DNA of 64,000 bases from positions 57,481 through 121,480 of the forward strand of contig CAWAFR010000001.1 in NCBI GenBank assembly GCA_963781365.1, read 5' to 3'. The stretch's first letter is position 1; each line of letters opens with the position of its first letter. Of the stretch, positions 48,591-58,244 are shown one piece after another. Under the pieces are notes generated by a model. That model was not told the origin of the DNA. It made no database searches and saw nothing but the letters and a program-made list of their open reading frames with translations. Origin of the DNA: an uncultured Actinomycetota bacterium (GTDB lineage Bacteria; Actinomycetota; Actinomycetes; Actinomycetales; Quadrisphaeraceae). The position numbers were made by a program, and so were the translations under genes.

Positions 48591-49573
48591 CCCACCCGGA
48601 AGCGCGCGACGAGGTCGTCCATCAGCCCGTCCATCCGCGCGTCGACGACCTTCCGCGACGGGTCGGCGTCGTGCCAGGCGACGATCTCCTCCGCGCCCCG
48701 CTCGAACGGCACCACCGCCGCCCACCCCGGTGCGAGCCGCTTGACCTTGGTGTTGTCGAAGACCATCGAGTGCGCCTTGTCGCCGAGCAGGCCCGCGCCC
48801 CACTCCGGGTCGACGGCGGCGATCGCGTCGGACGGCACGTGGACGATCTCGACGTCGCTGACCCCCGCTGCGCGCGCGAGGGCCCGGGCGACCTGGTCCC
48901 ACGTCCACGCGTCGTCACCGGTGATGTGGAACGCCTCCCCGAGCGCGCGCGGCTGCCCGAGCAGCGGCAGCAGCGCCCCGGCGAAGTCGCTGGCGTGGGT
49001 GAGCGTCCACAGGGAGGTGCCGTCGCCGTGGACGACGACGGGCACCCCGCGCCGCATCCGGTCGAGGACGGTCCAGCCGCCGTCGAAGGGCACCAGGGTG
49101 CGGTCGTAGGTGTGCGAGGGGCGCACCACCGTCATCGGGAACCCCTCCTGCCGGTGCATCGACACCAGCAGGTCCTCGCAGGCGATCTTGTCGCGCGAGT
49201 ACTGCCAGAACGGGTTCCGCAGCGGGGTCGACTCCGTGACCGGCACCCGCTCCGGCGGGGTCTGGTAGGCCGACGCCGAGGAGATGAAGACGTACTGGCC
49301 GGTGCGCCCGCGCACCAGGTCGGTGGCGGTGCGCACGTGCTCGGGGGTGAAGGAGAGCCAGTCGACGACGGCGTCGAACTCCAGGTCGCCCAGGGCCGCG
49401 CGGGCCGCCGCGGGGTCGCGCACGTCAGCGGTGTGCTGGACCGCGCCCTCGGGCAGCGGGCGCGACGACGTCGTCCCCCGGTTCAGCACGTGCAGCTCGA
49501 CACCCCGCTCCACCGCGAGCGCCGAGGAGGCTGAGCTGATGACGCCGGTACCGCCGATGAAGAGCACGCGCAT
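48587..49573 (-). CDS. NAD-dependent epimerase/dehydratase (extended SDR)
   Basis: FIGGTGVIS, LNRG, YVFISSASAY, YSRDK, VRPSHTY. Confidence 0.92.
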   Translation of the reverse strand: MRVLFIGGTGVISSASSALAVERGVELHVLNRGTTSSRPLPEGAVQHTADVRDPAAARAALGDLEFDAVVDWLSFTPEHVRTATDLVRGRTGQYVFISSASAYQTPPERVPVTESTPLRNPFWQYSRDKIACEDLLVSMHRQEGFPMTVVRPSHTYDRTLVPFDGGWTVLDRMRRGVPVVVHGDGTSLWTLTHASDFAGALLPLLGQPRALGEAFHITGDDAWTWDQVARALARAAGVSDVEIVHVPSDAIAAVDPEWGAGLLGDKAHSMVFDNTKVKRLAPGWAAVVPFERGAEEIVAWHDADPSRKVVDARMDGLMDDLVARFRVG

Positions 49574-49634
49574 CCGGCGATCCTGCCCCGCGGCGGGAAG
49601 GGTGCGCCCTCCGGGGGGGAGCTTCGTTGAAACT

Positions 49635-49662
49635 GGAACAGATCGGGGGGTCGCGCTGGTTG
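49635..49662 (+). promoter_or_regulatory. Putative SigR/SigH-type (thiol-stress ECF) promoter
   Basis: GGAAC-N18-GGTTG about 10 nt upstream of GTG49672. Confidence 0.5.
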
Positions 49663-49671
49663 CCGCCCGTC

Positions 49672-50745
49672 GTGGACCTCTTCACCCCCGCCGCCTTCGG
49701 CGACCTGCACCTGTCCAACCGCGTCGTCATGGCGCCCCTGACCCGCCTGCGCTCCGGAGAGCGCGGCGTCCCCGGCGACCTCGTCGCCGAGATGTACGCC
49801 CAGCGCGCGGGCCTCGGCCTCATCGTCACCGAGGGCACCTGGCCCAGCCAGGAGGGCCGCGGCTACGCCGGCCAGCCCGGCATCGTCACCGACGAGCAGC
49901 AGGACGCGTGGGGCCGCGTCGCCGACGCCGTCCACGCCGAGGGCGGCACCCTGGTCATGCAGGTGATGCACGCCGGGCGCGTCTCGCACACCGTCGTCTC
50001 CGAGACGGACCGCATCGTGGCTCCCAGCGCGGTCGCCATCGACGGGGAGGTGCACACCCCCCAGGGCAAGCTGCCCTACCCGGTGCCGCACGCGCTGAGC
50101 ACCGACGAGCTGGGCGAGGTCCGCGAGCAGTTCGTGACCGCCTCGCTGCGCGCCCGCGCCGCCGGGATCGACGGCGTCGAGGTCCACGGGGCCAACGGCT
50201 ACCTGCTCCACGAGTTCCTCTCCCCCGCTTCCAACACCCGCACCGACGGGTACGGCGGCGACGCCGCGGCGCGCGCCCGGTACGTCGTCGAGGTGGTCCG
50301 CGCCGTCGCCGGCGCCGTCGGCGCCGGCCGCACCGGCCTGCGCATCAGCCCGGCGCACAACATCCAGGACGTCTGGGAGCGCGACGCCGACGACGTCGCC
50401 GCCACCTACGGCGCCCTGGCCGACGGCATCGGCGACCTCGGCCTGGCGTACCTGTCGGTGCTGCACGCCGACCCGGCCGGCGCGCTGGTCCAGGACCTGC
50501 GCCGCCGGGTCGGCGCCCCGCTGGTGGCCAACACCGGCTTCGGGGCGGAGACCACCCGCGAGACCGCGGCGCAGCTGCTCACCACCGGAGCGGCCGACGC
50601 CGTCGCCGTCGGGCGCCCGGCCATCGCCAACCCCGACCTGGTGGAGCGCTGGCGCACCGGCGCCCCCGAGAACACCCCCGACGGCGACACCTTCTACGCG
50701 GGCGGCGCCCAGGGCTACACCGACTACCCGCGGCTCAGCGCCTGA
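49672..50745 (+). CDS. Old-yellow-enzyme alkene reductase (NemA-like)
   Basis: NRVVMAPLTRLR, YAQRA, QVMHAGRVSH, VEVHGANGYL, NTRTDGYGG, GRPAIANPDL, GYTDYP. Confidence 0.93.
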   Translation: MDLFTPAAFGDLHLSNRVVMAPLTRLRSGERGVPGDLVAEMYAQRAGLGLIVTEGTWPSQEGRGYAGQPGIVTDEQQDAWGRVADAVHAEGGTLVMQVMHAGRVSHTVVSETDRIVAPSAVAIDGEVHTPQGKLPYPVPHALSTDELGEVREQFVTASLRARAAGIDGVEVHGANGYLLHEFLSPASNTRTDGYGGDAAARARYVVEVVRAVAGAVGAGRTGLRISPAHNIQDVWERDADDVAATYGALADGIGDLGLAYLSVLHADPAGALVQDLRRRVGAPLVANTGFGAETTRETAAQLLTTGAADAVAVGRPAIANPDLVERWRTGAPENTPDGDTFYAGGAQGYTDYPRLSA

Positions 50746-50769
50746 CGGTCATGCCGGCGGCTGAGCGCG

Positions 50770-51129
50770 TCACAGCTCGCTCGACGGGCCCCGCATCGTG
50801 TCGAGCAGCACGCCGCTGACCAGCGGCAGGAGGGCCTTGAGGCTCCCGTCGTCCTGAGACCCGTCCCAGGCGGCGGGGCCCTCCTCGTCGGGGCCACGCC
50901 GCGTGCGGTGCAGGCTCACGCCCCAGCTGCGGTGGTCCTCGCGCAGCCGCGGGAGGGGCCCGTCGACCTCGGTGACCAGGAGTGTCTGGCCGCTGTCGAG
51001 CTGGATCTGGACGGCCGCCCCGCCGTCGTCGTCCACGACGAAGTCGGCCTGCAGCCCCGCCCGGGTGAGCAGCTGGAGCACGTCCCAGTACTGACGGGCT
51101 CCGAAGGCCGTCGCGTCGTCGCGCAGCAT
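50770..51129 (-). CDS. Hypothetical protein
   Basis: 119-aa globular-looking ORF MLRDDATAFGARQYWDVLQLL...AVQIQLDSGQTLLVTE...WGVSL. Confidence 0.6.
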   Translation of the reverse strand: MLRDDATAFGARQYWDVLQLLTRAGLQADFVVDDDGGAAVQIQLDSGQTLLVTEVDGPLPRLREDHRSWGVSLHRTRRGPDEEGPAAWDGSQDDGSLKALLPLVSGVLLDTMRGPSSEL

Positions 51130-51201
51130 GATCCGTGTGTACACGACGGGAGCGTCCGCGCCAGTCAGCGCGGGCCGTCCGGTGGGAGCACAGTGGTCGC
51201 C

Positions 51202-51894
51202 ATGAGCGCGCACGGGCACCTGCTGTCGGTCAACGTGGGCGCGGAGCGCCCGATCGCGGCCAAGGGCGGCACCACCGGCATCGACAAGCGCCCCGTGGCC
51301 GGCCCCGTCGAGGTGCGGGCACCGGGGCCCGAGCGTCCCGGCGGCAGCGGCCTGGCGGGCGACCACATCAGCGACACCCCGAACCACGGCGGCGACGACC
51401 AGGCCGTCTACGCCTACGCCCGCGAGGACCTCGACGCCTGGGCTGCCGAGCTCGGCCGCGAGCTGCACGGCGGCGCGTTCGGGGAGAACCTCACCACCGC
51501 CGGCGTCGACGTGAACGGCGCGGTCATCGGGGAGACGTGGCGGGTGGGGTCGGCGCTGCTGCAGGTCAGCTGCCCGCGGGTGCCCTGCACCACCTTCGCG
51601 GTGTGGCTGGGCCAGGAGCGGTGGGTGCCGCGCTTCACCGCGGCCCGCACGCCCGGGGCCTACCTGCGGGTGCTGCGCGCGGGGCACGTGAGCGCCGGCG
51701 ACGCCGTGGAGGTCGTCGACGTCCCCGCGCACGGCGTGGACGTGCGGACGGTGTTCGCCGCCGTGACGACCAGCCCGGAGCTGCTGCCCCTGCTGCTCGA
51801 CGTGCCCGAGCTGCCCGCGCAGGACCGGGCGCAGGTCGAGCGCCGGCTGCGCTCGCAGCCGTCAGTGCAGCCGTCTGTGCCGCCGGAGGGGTGA
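51202..51894 (+). CDS. MOSC domain protein (YiiM-like)
   Basis: TGIDKRPV, HGGDDQAVYAYARED, FGENLT, PRVPCTTF, GAYLRVL. Confidence 0.93.
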   Translation: MSAHGHLLSVNVGAERPIAAKGGTTGIDKRPVAGPVEVRAPGPERPGGSGLAGDHISDTPNHGGDDQAVYAYAREDLDAWAAELGRELHGGAFGENLTTAGVDVNGAVIGETWRVGSALLQVSCPRVPCTTFAVWLGQERWVPRFTAARTPGAYLRVLRAGHVSAGDAVEVVDVPAHGVDVRTVFAAVTTSPELLPLLLDVPELPAQDRAQVERRLRSQPSVQPSVPPEG

Positions 51895-51923
51895 GGCGGG
51901 CCCGTCGCCCGCAGGATGGGGCG

Positions 51924-53126
51924 GTGACCGCACCCGCCACGGCCGACCGCCGCCTCCTGCTACCGGGGCCCGTCGTGGCGATCACGGGGCTCGCCGGCGC
52001 CTTCGTCATCGCCGCCGGGCTCAACTACGCCTCGAGCATCGTCGGCCCCACGCTCCTCGGGGTGCTGCTGGTCATCATCGTGGCGCCCGCCGCGTCCTGG
52101 CTGCGCCGCCGGGGCGCCCCGGCCTGGGCCGCGCTGCTCGTCGTCGGGGTGCTGAGCTACGGCATCCTGCTGGCCCTCGTCGCCTCCCTCGTGGTGTCCC
52201 TGGAGCAGCTGGTGGTGCTGCTGCCCAGCTACCAGGGCGAGTTCCTCGCGCTCGTGCAGCAGGGCAGCGGGCTGCTGGAGCGCATCGGTGTCACCACCGA
52301 CCAGCTCCAGAGCGCCGTGACATCGATCGACCCCAACCGGGTGGTCGCGGCGGTGCAGGGCGTGCTGGGCAGCGTCACGGGCGTGCTGTCCGCCTCGGTG
52401 TTCCTGCTGGCCGCGCTGTTCTTCCTGGTGCTGGAGGCGGGGTCGTTCGGCAGCCGCGTCGACGAGGTCGCCCGCAGCCGGCCCCACCTCGCGCAGGCGC
52501 TGCGCGACTTCGCCGGCAGCACCCGCCACTACATGGTGGTCAGCACCGTCTTCGGCCTCGTCGTCGCCGTGCTCGACGCGGTGGCCCTGTGGATCATCGG
52601 GGTGCCCCTGCCGCTGCTGTGGGGGCTGCTGGCCTTCATCACCAACTACGTGCCGAACATCGGGTTCGTGCTGGGCGTCATCCCCCCGGCGCTGCTCGCC
52701 CTGCTCGACGGCGGGCCGTCCGACGCCATCGCCGTCGTCGTCGTCTACACCGTGCTGAACGTGGTGATCCAGACGATCATCCAGCCGAAGTTCGTGGGCG
52801 ACGCCGTCGGCCTCTCCCCCGCGCTGAGCTTCCTGTCCCTGTTCGTGTGGACCCTCGTGATCGGCCCGCTCGGGGCGATCCTGGCGATCCCGCTGACGCT
52901 GCTGGTGAAGGCGCTGCTGGTCGACACCGACCCCGACCGCGCCTGGCTGCTGCCGCTGATCTCCGACAGCGGCCCGGGGAGCACCGGGGCCCCGCTGCCG
53001 TCGCGGTCACCGCGCCGGCGCCGCGACGACCCCCCGGAGGGTGCGGAGGACGCGGGAGACGCCGAGAGCGAGGGCGCCGACGACGCGCGCGAGCCCGCCG
53101 GCGACCAGGTCACCACCCCGGGTTGA
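51924..53126 (+). CDS. AI-2E family transporter
   Basis: LWGLLAFITNYVPNIG, IQPKFVGDAVGLS, GPLGAILAIPLT. Confidence 0.92.
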   Translation: MTAPATADRRLLLPGPVVAITGLAGAFVIAAGLNYASSIVGPTLLGVLLVIIVAPAASWLRRRGAPAWAALLVVGVLSYGILLALVASLVVSLEQLVVLLPSYQGEFLALVQQGSGLLERIGVTTDQLQSAVTSIDPNRVVAAVQGVLGSVTGVLSASVFLLAALFFLVLEAGSFGSRVDEVARSRPHLAQALRDFAGSTRHYMVVSTVFGLVVAVLDAVALWIIGVPLPLLWGLLAFITNYVPNIGFVLGVIPPALLALLDGGPSDAIAVVVVYTVLNVVIQTIIQPKFVGDAVGLSPALSFLSLFVWTLVIGPLGAILAIPLTLLVKALLVDTDPDRAWLLPLISDSGPGSTGAPLPSRSPRRRRDDPPEGAEDAGDAESEGADDAREPAGDQVTTPG

Positions 53127-53143
53127 TCATGCAGTCCCGCCAC
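53111..53143 (+). repeat. GTGATCATG-family half copy providing the AI-2E stop codon
   Basis: CACCACCCCGGGT-TGA-TCATGCAGTCCCGCCAC. Confidence 0.75.
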
Positions 53144-53164
53144 CGGCACGGCAGGGTGGAGGAC

Positions 53165-54056
53165 GTGCACATCGCAGTGACCGGTGGATCCGGCAAGCTC
53201 GGACGGGTGGTGGTGGCCGACCTCGTCGCCCACGGCCACACCGTCGTCAACCTCGACCAGGCGCCCCTCCCCGGCGGCCCCGGCGCCCAGCCCGAGGGCA
53301 GCCGCTTCCTCAAGACCGACCTCACCGACCACGGCCAGGTGCTGGAGGCGCTGCTCGGCGTCGACGAGCACCACCGCCACGGGGTCGACGCGCTGGTCCA
53401 CCTCGGGGCGATCCCCGCGCCGGGCCTGGCCACCGACGGCGCGACCTTCGAGAACAACATCCTCTCCACCTACAGCGCGTTCGCCGCGGCCCGCGCCGCC
53501 GGCATCACCAACGTCGTGTGGGCCTCCTCGGAGACCGTGCTCGGCCTGCCCTTCGACGAGGCGCCGCCCTACGCGCCGGTCGACGAGGAGTACCACCCGC
53601 GTCCGAACAGCAGCTACTCCCTGAGCAAGGCGCTCGGGCGAGGAGATGGCGGTGCAGTTCTGCCGCTGGGAGCCCGAGGCGAAGATCATCGGGCTGCGGT
53701 TCTCCAACGTCATGTACGCCGACCAGTACCGCGAGTTCCCCTCCTACGACGCCGACCCGGGCACCCGGAAGTGGAACCTGTGGGGCTACATCGACGCCCG
53801 CGACGGCGCCCAGGCGGTCCGGAAGGCCCTCGAGCTGCAGACCACCGGCGCCGACGTCTTCATCATCGCCAACGCCGACACCGTGATGCAGCGCTCGTCG
53901 GCGTCGCTGCTGGCGGAGGTCTTCCCCGGCGTCGAGGTCCGCCCGACGCAGGGCGACGAGCTCGGGGAGCACGAGACGCTGCTGAGCATCGCCAAGGCCC
54001 GTCGCGTCCTGGGCTACGAGCCGGAGCACTCCTGGCGGGACACCTCCACCGCCTGA
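53165..54056 (+). CDS. NAD-dependent epimerase/dehydratase; frameshift near 53640
   Basis: [48 protein letters not shown]. Confidence 0.9.
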
Positions 54057-54131
54057 CCCCCATCCCGACCGTGACCATGGGCGGTGGGCCGCCGGAGATC
54101 GGGCGACTGCCCATGATCACGGGGGAAGGGG
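54057..54131. repeat. GTGATCATG-family full palindromic element starting right after a stop codon
   Basis: CCCCCATCCCGACCGTGACCATGGGCGGT ... CGACTGCCCATGATCACGGGGGAAGGGG. Confidence 0.8.
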
Positions 54132-54159
54132 CTGCGGGGGCCGCGCGTTGCACGAGGCG

Positions 54160-55748
54160 ATGAGCGCCGCCGCCACCACCTCGCCCGCCACCTCGGCCCC
54201 CGTCCTCGGGCACCGCTTCGCCGACGAGCTGCCCGAGCTCGCCCTGCCGTGGCAGGCCGAGGCGGCGCCCGACCCCAGCGTGCTGGTGCTCGACGAGCGG
54301 GTCGCGGGAGACCTCGGCCTCGACGCGGAGTGGCTGCGCTCCCCCGACGGCGTCAGCTTCCTGCTCGGCGCCGACGTCCCGGAGGGCGCGCGACCGGTGG
54401 CCCAGGCCTACGCGGCGCACCAGTTCGGCAGCTGGAACCCGCGCCTCGGCGACGGCCGGGCCCTGCTGCTCGGTGAGCTCACCGGCCCCGACGGCCAGCT
54501 GCACGACCTGCACCTGAAGGGCTCCGGCCGCACCCCCTTCGCCCGCGCCGGGGACGGGCGAGCGGTGGTCGGGCCCATGCTGCGCGAGCACGTCGTCAGC
54601 AGCGCGCTGCAAGCCCTCGGCGTCCCGACCACCCGGGCGCTCGCCGTCGTCGCCACCGGCCGGCCGGTGCAGCGCGAGGAGCTGCTGCCCGGCGCCGTCC
54701 TGGTGCGGACGGCGAGCAGCCACCTGCGGGTCGGCAGCTTCCAGTACGCCCGCTCCCTGGGCGACCACGGGCTGCTGCGCCGCCTGGCCGACCACGCGGT
54801 CTCCCGCCACCAGCGCGACGCCGCGGGCCTGCCGCGCCCCGAGCGGTACCGCGCCCTGCTCGACGGCGTCGTCGCGCGGCAGGCGGAGCTGGTGGCGCAG
54901 TGGATGCTCCTGGGCTTCGTGCACGGCGTCATGAACACCGACAACATGGCGGTCTCCGGCCAGACCATCGACCTCGGCCCGTGCGCCTTCGTCGACGCGT
55001 ACGACCCGGCGGCCTCCTTCAGCTCCATCGACACCGCGGGGCGCTACGCCTACGGCCAGCAGCCCGGCATCGCCGAGTGGGACCTCGCCCGCTTCGCCGA
55101 GGCGGTGCTCCCGCTGCTGGTCGACGACGACCGGGCCCGCGACGACGGTGCCGACGGCGCGGCTGCCGACCCGCTGGCCGCCCCCGGGGCCGCCGACCGC
55201 GCGGTCGCGCTGGCCACCGAGTCCCTCGGCGCGTTCCGCACGCGCTTCGCCGCCGCCTGGACCGCCGGGATGCACCGCAAGCTCGGCTTCGCGGACACCG
55301 GCGCACCGGCACCGGCACCGGCACCGGCACCGCGCGGGGCGACGTCGACGTCGACGGCCTCCTGGGGCTGCTGCGCACCGGCCGGGTCGACCACACCTCG
55401 GCCTACCGGCGCCTCGCCGACCACGCCCGGGGCGCGCACGAGGGCCGGAGCAGCGCCCGCGACCTCTTCCCGGACCCCTCGACGCGGGCCGGCTTCGACG
55501 CCTGGTCGCAGCGCTGGCTGGACCTGGGCCCCGACCCGGAGCTGATGGACCGCACGAACCCCGTCACCGTCCCCCGCAACCACCTGGTGGAGGAGGCCCT
55601 GGAGGCCGCCACCGGCGGCGACCTCGGCCCGGTGGAGCGGCTCGTCGACGTCGTGACGCACCCGTTCACCGCGCGGCCCGGCGAGGAGCGGTACGCCGAG
55701 CCCGCGCCGGAGGGCTCCGGGGACTACGTGACGTTCTGCGGCACCTGA
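54160..55748 (+). CDS. selO: Protein adenylyltransferase SelO/YdiU; frameshift near 55340
   Basis: [57 protein letters not shown]-terminal TFCGT. Confidence 0.92.
55303..55332. repeat. (GCACCG)5 hexamer tandem inside selO
   Basis: Five exact copies; the same hexamer on the opposite strand as the BenE tail repeat. Confidence 0.9.
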
Positions 55749-55791
55749 CCGCTGCCCGGGCCGGCTGCGCCGCCGAACCTAGAGTGGAGGG

Positions 55792-56478
55792 ATGAGCGAG
55801 CGGCTGCCCCTGTTCCCGCTGCGCACCGTGCTGGTGCCCGGGCTCGTGCTGCCGCTGACCGTCTTCGAGCCGCGCTACGTCGCGCTCGTGCAGCACCTGC
55901 TCACCCTGCCGGAGGAGGAGCGGGCGTTCGGCGTCGTCGCCCTGCGGCTCGGTCACGACGCCGGGACCCGCCACCGGGCGGTCGACCTGCACGCCGTCGG
56001 GTGCACCGCCGTCGTCCGCGACGTCAGCGAGCCCGACGGGCCGGGTGACGGGCGCTACGAGCTCCTCACCTCCGGCGCCGTCAGGTTCCGCCTCGACGGC
56101 GTCGACGAGGACGCCGGGACCCCGTACCTGACGGGGCTCGTCAGCACCGTCCCGGAGCGGGCGGGGGCCGACGACGACGTCCTGCGGGACCTGGCCAGCA
56201 CCGTCGCCGCGAGCTGGTCCGGGTACCGGACGCGGCTCGGCATCGCCACCACCGGGGTCAGCGGCGGCGTCCCGGACGACCCGGCGGTGCTCAGCTACCT
56301 CGTCATGGCGGGGATGGTCCTCGACCTGCCCGAGCGGCAGCGGCTGCTCGAGGTCCCCGACACCGCGACGCGCCTCCGCGAGGAGCGGGCGCTGCTGGCC
56401 CGCGAGCAGGTGCTGATCTCCGAGCTGCGGTCCCTGCCGGCGCAGGACCTCACCTCCGACCCGCCGAACCCCAACTGA
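55792..56478 (+). CDS. LON peptidase substrate-binding (LON-N) domain protein
   Basis: LPLFPLRTVLVPGLVLPLTVFEPRY, VGCTA, LSYLV, RQRLLE. Confidence 0.92.
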   Translation: MSERLPLFPLRTVLVPGLVLPLTVFEPRYVALVQHLLTLPEEERAFGVVALRLGHDAGTRHRAVDLHAVGCTAVVRDVSEPDGPGDGRYELLTSGAVRFRLDGVDEDAGTPYLTGLVSTVPERAGADDDVLRDLASTVAASWSGYRTRLGIATTGVSGGVPDDPAVLSYLVMAGMVLDLPERQRLLEVPDTATRLREERALLAREQVLISELRSLPAQDLTSDPPNPN

Positions 56479-56495
56479 GCGGTGGTGGCCTGACC

Positions 56496-57008
56496 GTGGC
56501 GAAGCGGACCGCGAGCGCCGGGACCCCGGCCACTGCCGCGCTGGCGGCGGCGGGGGTCCCGCACGTCGTGCACCTCTACGACCACGACGCCGCGGTCTCC
56601 GGCGAGGTCGGCTACGGGCTGGAGGCGGCGCACGCCCTGGGCCTGGACCCGGCGACCGTCTTCAAGACCCTCGTGGTGGAGCTGCAGGACGCCGGCCGGG
56701 GGGCCCTCGCGGTCGCGGTCGTCCCGGTCAGCGCGCGGCTCGACCTCAAGGCGGTCGCCGCGGCGCTGGGCGGCAAGCGCGCCGCGATGGCCGACCCCGC
56801 CGCCGCCGAGCGCAGCACCGGGTACGTGCTCGGCGGGATCAGCCCGCTGGGGCAGCGCAAGCGGCTGCCCACCGTCGTCGACAGCTCGGCCGCCGCGCAC
56901 CCCACCGTGCTCGTGAGCGGGGGCCGGCGCGGCCTGGACGTCGAGCTGGCCCCCGCTGACCTGGTCGCGCTGACCGGTGCGGTGACGGCCTCCGTCACCG
57001 CGCGCTGA
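56496..57008 (+). CDS. ybaK: Cys-tRNA(Pro) deacylase
   Basis: TPAT, VFKTLV, LDLKAVA, AERSTGYVLGGISPLGQRKRLPT, SGGRRGLD. Confidence 0.93.
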   Translation: MAKRTASAGTPATAALAAAGVPHVVHLYDHDAAVSGEVGYGLEAAHALGLDPATVFKTLVVELQDAGRGALAVAVVPVSARLDLKAVAAALGGKRAAMADPAAAERSTGYVLGGISPLGQRKRLPTVVDSSAAAHPTVLVSGGRRGLDVELAPADLVALTGAVTASVTAR

Positions 57009-57032
57009 CGCCGGCCCGGGAGGTCTGAGGCC

Positions 57033-58193
57033 GTGCAGTGCGACTACTTCGACGCCGGCGCGTGCCGCTCGTGCACGCTCATGGGCGTCCCCCACGAGGT
57101 CCAGGTCGCCGACGCGCAGCGCCGGCTGGAGGCGCTGCTGCCGTCGGTCCCGGCGTGGCTGCCCCCCGCCGCGGGCGCCGAGTCGCACTTCCGGAACCGG
57201 GCGAAGATGGTGGTCGGCGGGACCACCGCCGCCCCGACGCTGGGCATCCTCGACGCCGCGGGCCGGGGCGTCGACCTCGCCCGGTGCGGGCTCTACCCCG
57301 ACGCGGTGACAGCGTCGTTCGAGCCGCTGCGGGCGTTCGTGACGCGGGCCGGGCTCGTCCCGTACGACGTGCCCGCGCGCCGCGGGGAGCTGAAGCACGT
57401 GCACGTCACCCTGGGCACCGGCGACGACGGCGACGACGCGCTGATGGTCCGGTTCGTGCTGCGCTCCACCGAGTCGCTGCCCAGGATCCGCAAGCACCTG
57501 CCCTGGCTGCGCGAGCAGCTGCCCGCGCTGCGGGTGGCGTCGGCGAACCTGCTGCCGGCGCACGCGGCGCTGCTGGAGGGTGACGTCGAGGTCCCGCTCA
57601 CCGACGTCGAGCGGCTCCCGGTGCGGCAGGGCGACGTCGCCCTGCTCGCCCGCCCGCAGGGCTTCCTGCAGACGAACACCGACGTCGCGGGGCAGCTGTA
57701 CCGGCAGGTGGCCGCGTGGGTCGACGAGCTCTCCGCGGAGGCCGAGCGGCCCGAGCGCACAGCGCCGACCCGCGTGTGGGACCTGTACTGCGGCGCCGGC
57801 GGCTTCGCGCTGCACCTGGCCTCACCCGGCCGCGCCGTGGTCGGGGTGGAGACCAGCGAGCAGGCGGTGGCCGCCGCCCGCGACGCAGCGGCCGCCGCGG
57901 GCCTCGTGGCGGACTTCGTCGTCGACGACGCCACCGCCTGGGCCCGGCGCCAGCCCGCGGTGCCCGACGTCGTCGTCGTCAACCCGCCCCGGCGCGGGCT
58001 CGGACCCGACCTCACGCAGTGGCTCGACGGGGCCGACGGCGTCCGGAGCGTCGTCTACTCCAGCTGCAACCCGGAGTCGCTGGCGCGTGACCTGGCGGCG
58101 GTGCCGGCGTGGGAGCCGGTGCGGGGGCGCCTCTTCGCGATGTTCCCCCAGACCACGCACCAGGAGGTGCTGGTGCAGCTCCGTCGGCGGTGA
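57033..58193 (+). CDS. rlmC: TrmA-family RNA (uracil-5)-methyltransferase, RlmC-like, with Fe-S motif
   Basis: CDYFDAGACRSC, FRNRAKM, FLQTN, WDLYCGAGGF, VNPPRRG, YSSCNP, MFPQTTH. Confidence 0.8.
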   Translation: MQCDYFDAGACRSCTLMGVPHEVQVADAQRRLEALLPSVPAWLPPAAGAESHFRNRAKMVVGGTTAAPTLGILDAAGRGVDLARCGLYPDAVTASFEPLRAFVTRAGLVPYDVPARRGELKHVHVTLGTGDDGDDALMVRFVLRSTESLPRIRKHLPWLREQLPALRVASANLLPAHAALLEGDVEVPLTDVERLPVRQGDVALLARPQGFLQTNTDVAGQLYRQVAAWVDELSAEAERPERTAPTRVWDLYCGAGGFALHLASPGRAVVGVETSEQAVAAARDAAAAAGLVADFVVDDATAWARRQPAVPDVVVVNPPRRGLGPDLTQWLDGADGVRSVVYSSCNPESLARDLAAVPAWEPVRGRLFAMFPQTTHQEVLVQLRRR

Positions 58194-58244
58194 CCCGCCG
58201 ACCGAACCCCAGGACTCGGACCGGCGCGGCAGAGACATCGCGTA

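Noticed and set aside
54160-55748. SelO as a selenoprotein
   Set aside because: The C-terminus is TFCGT with Cys (TGC); TGA follows as the ordinary stop
31030-57008. Two YbaK-superfamily genes as a duplication
   Set aside because: They belong to different, commonly co-occurring subfamilies (ProXp-type and YbaK proper) with low similarity
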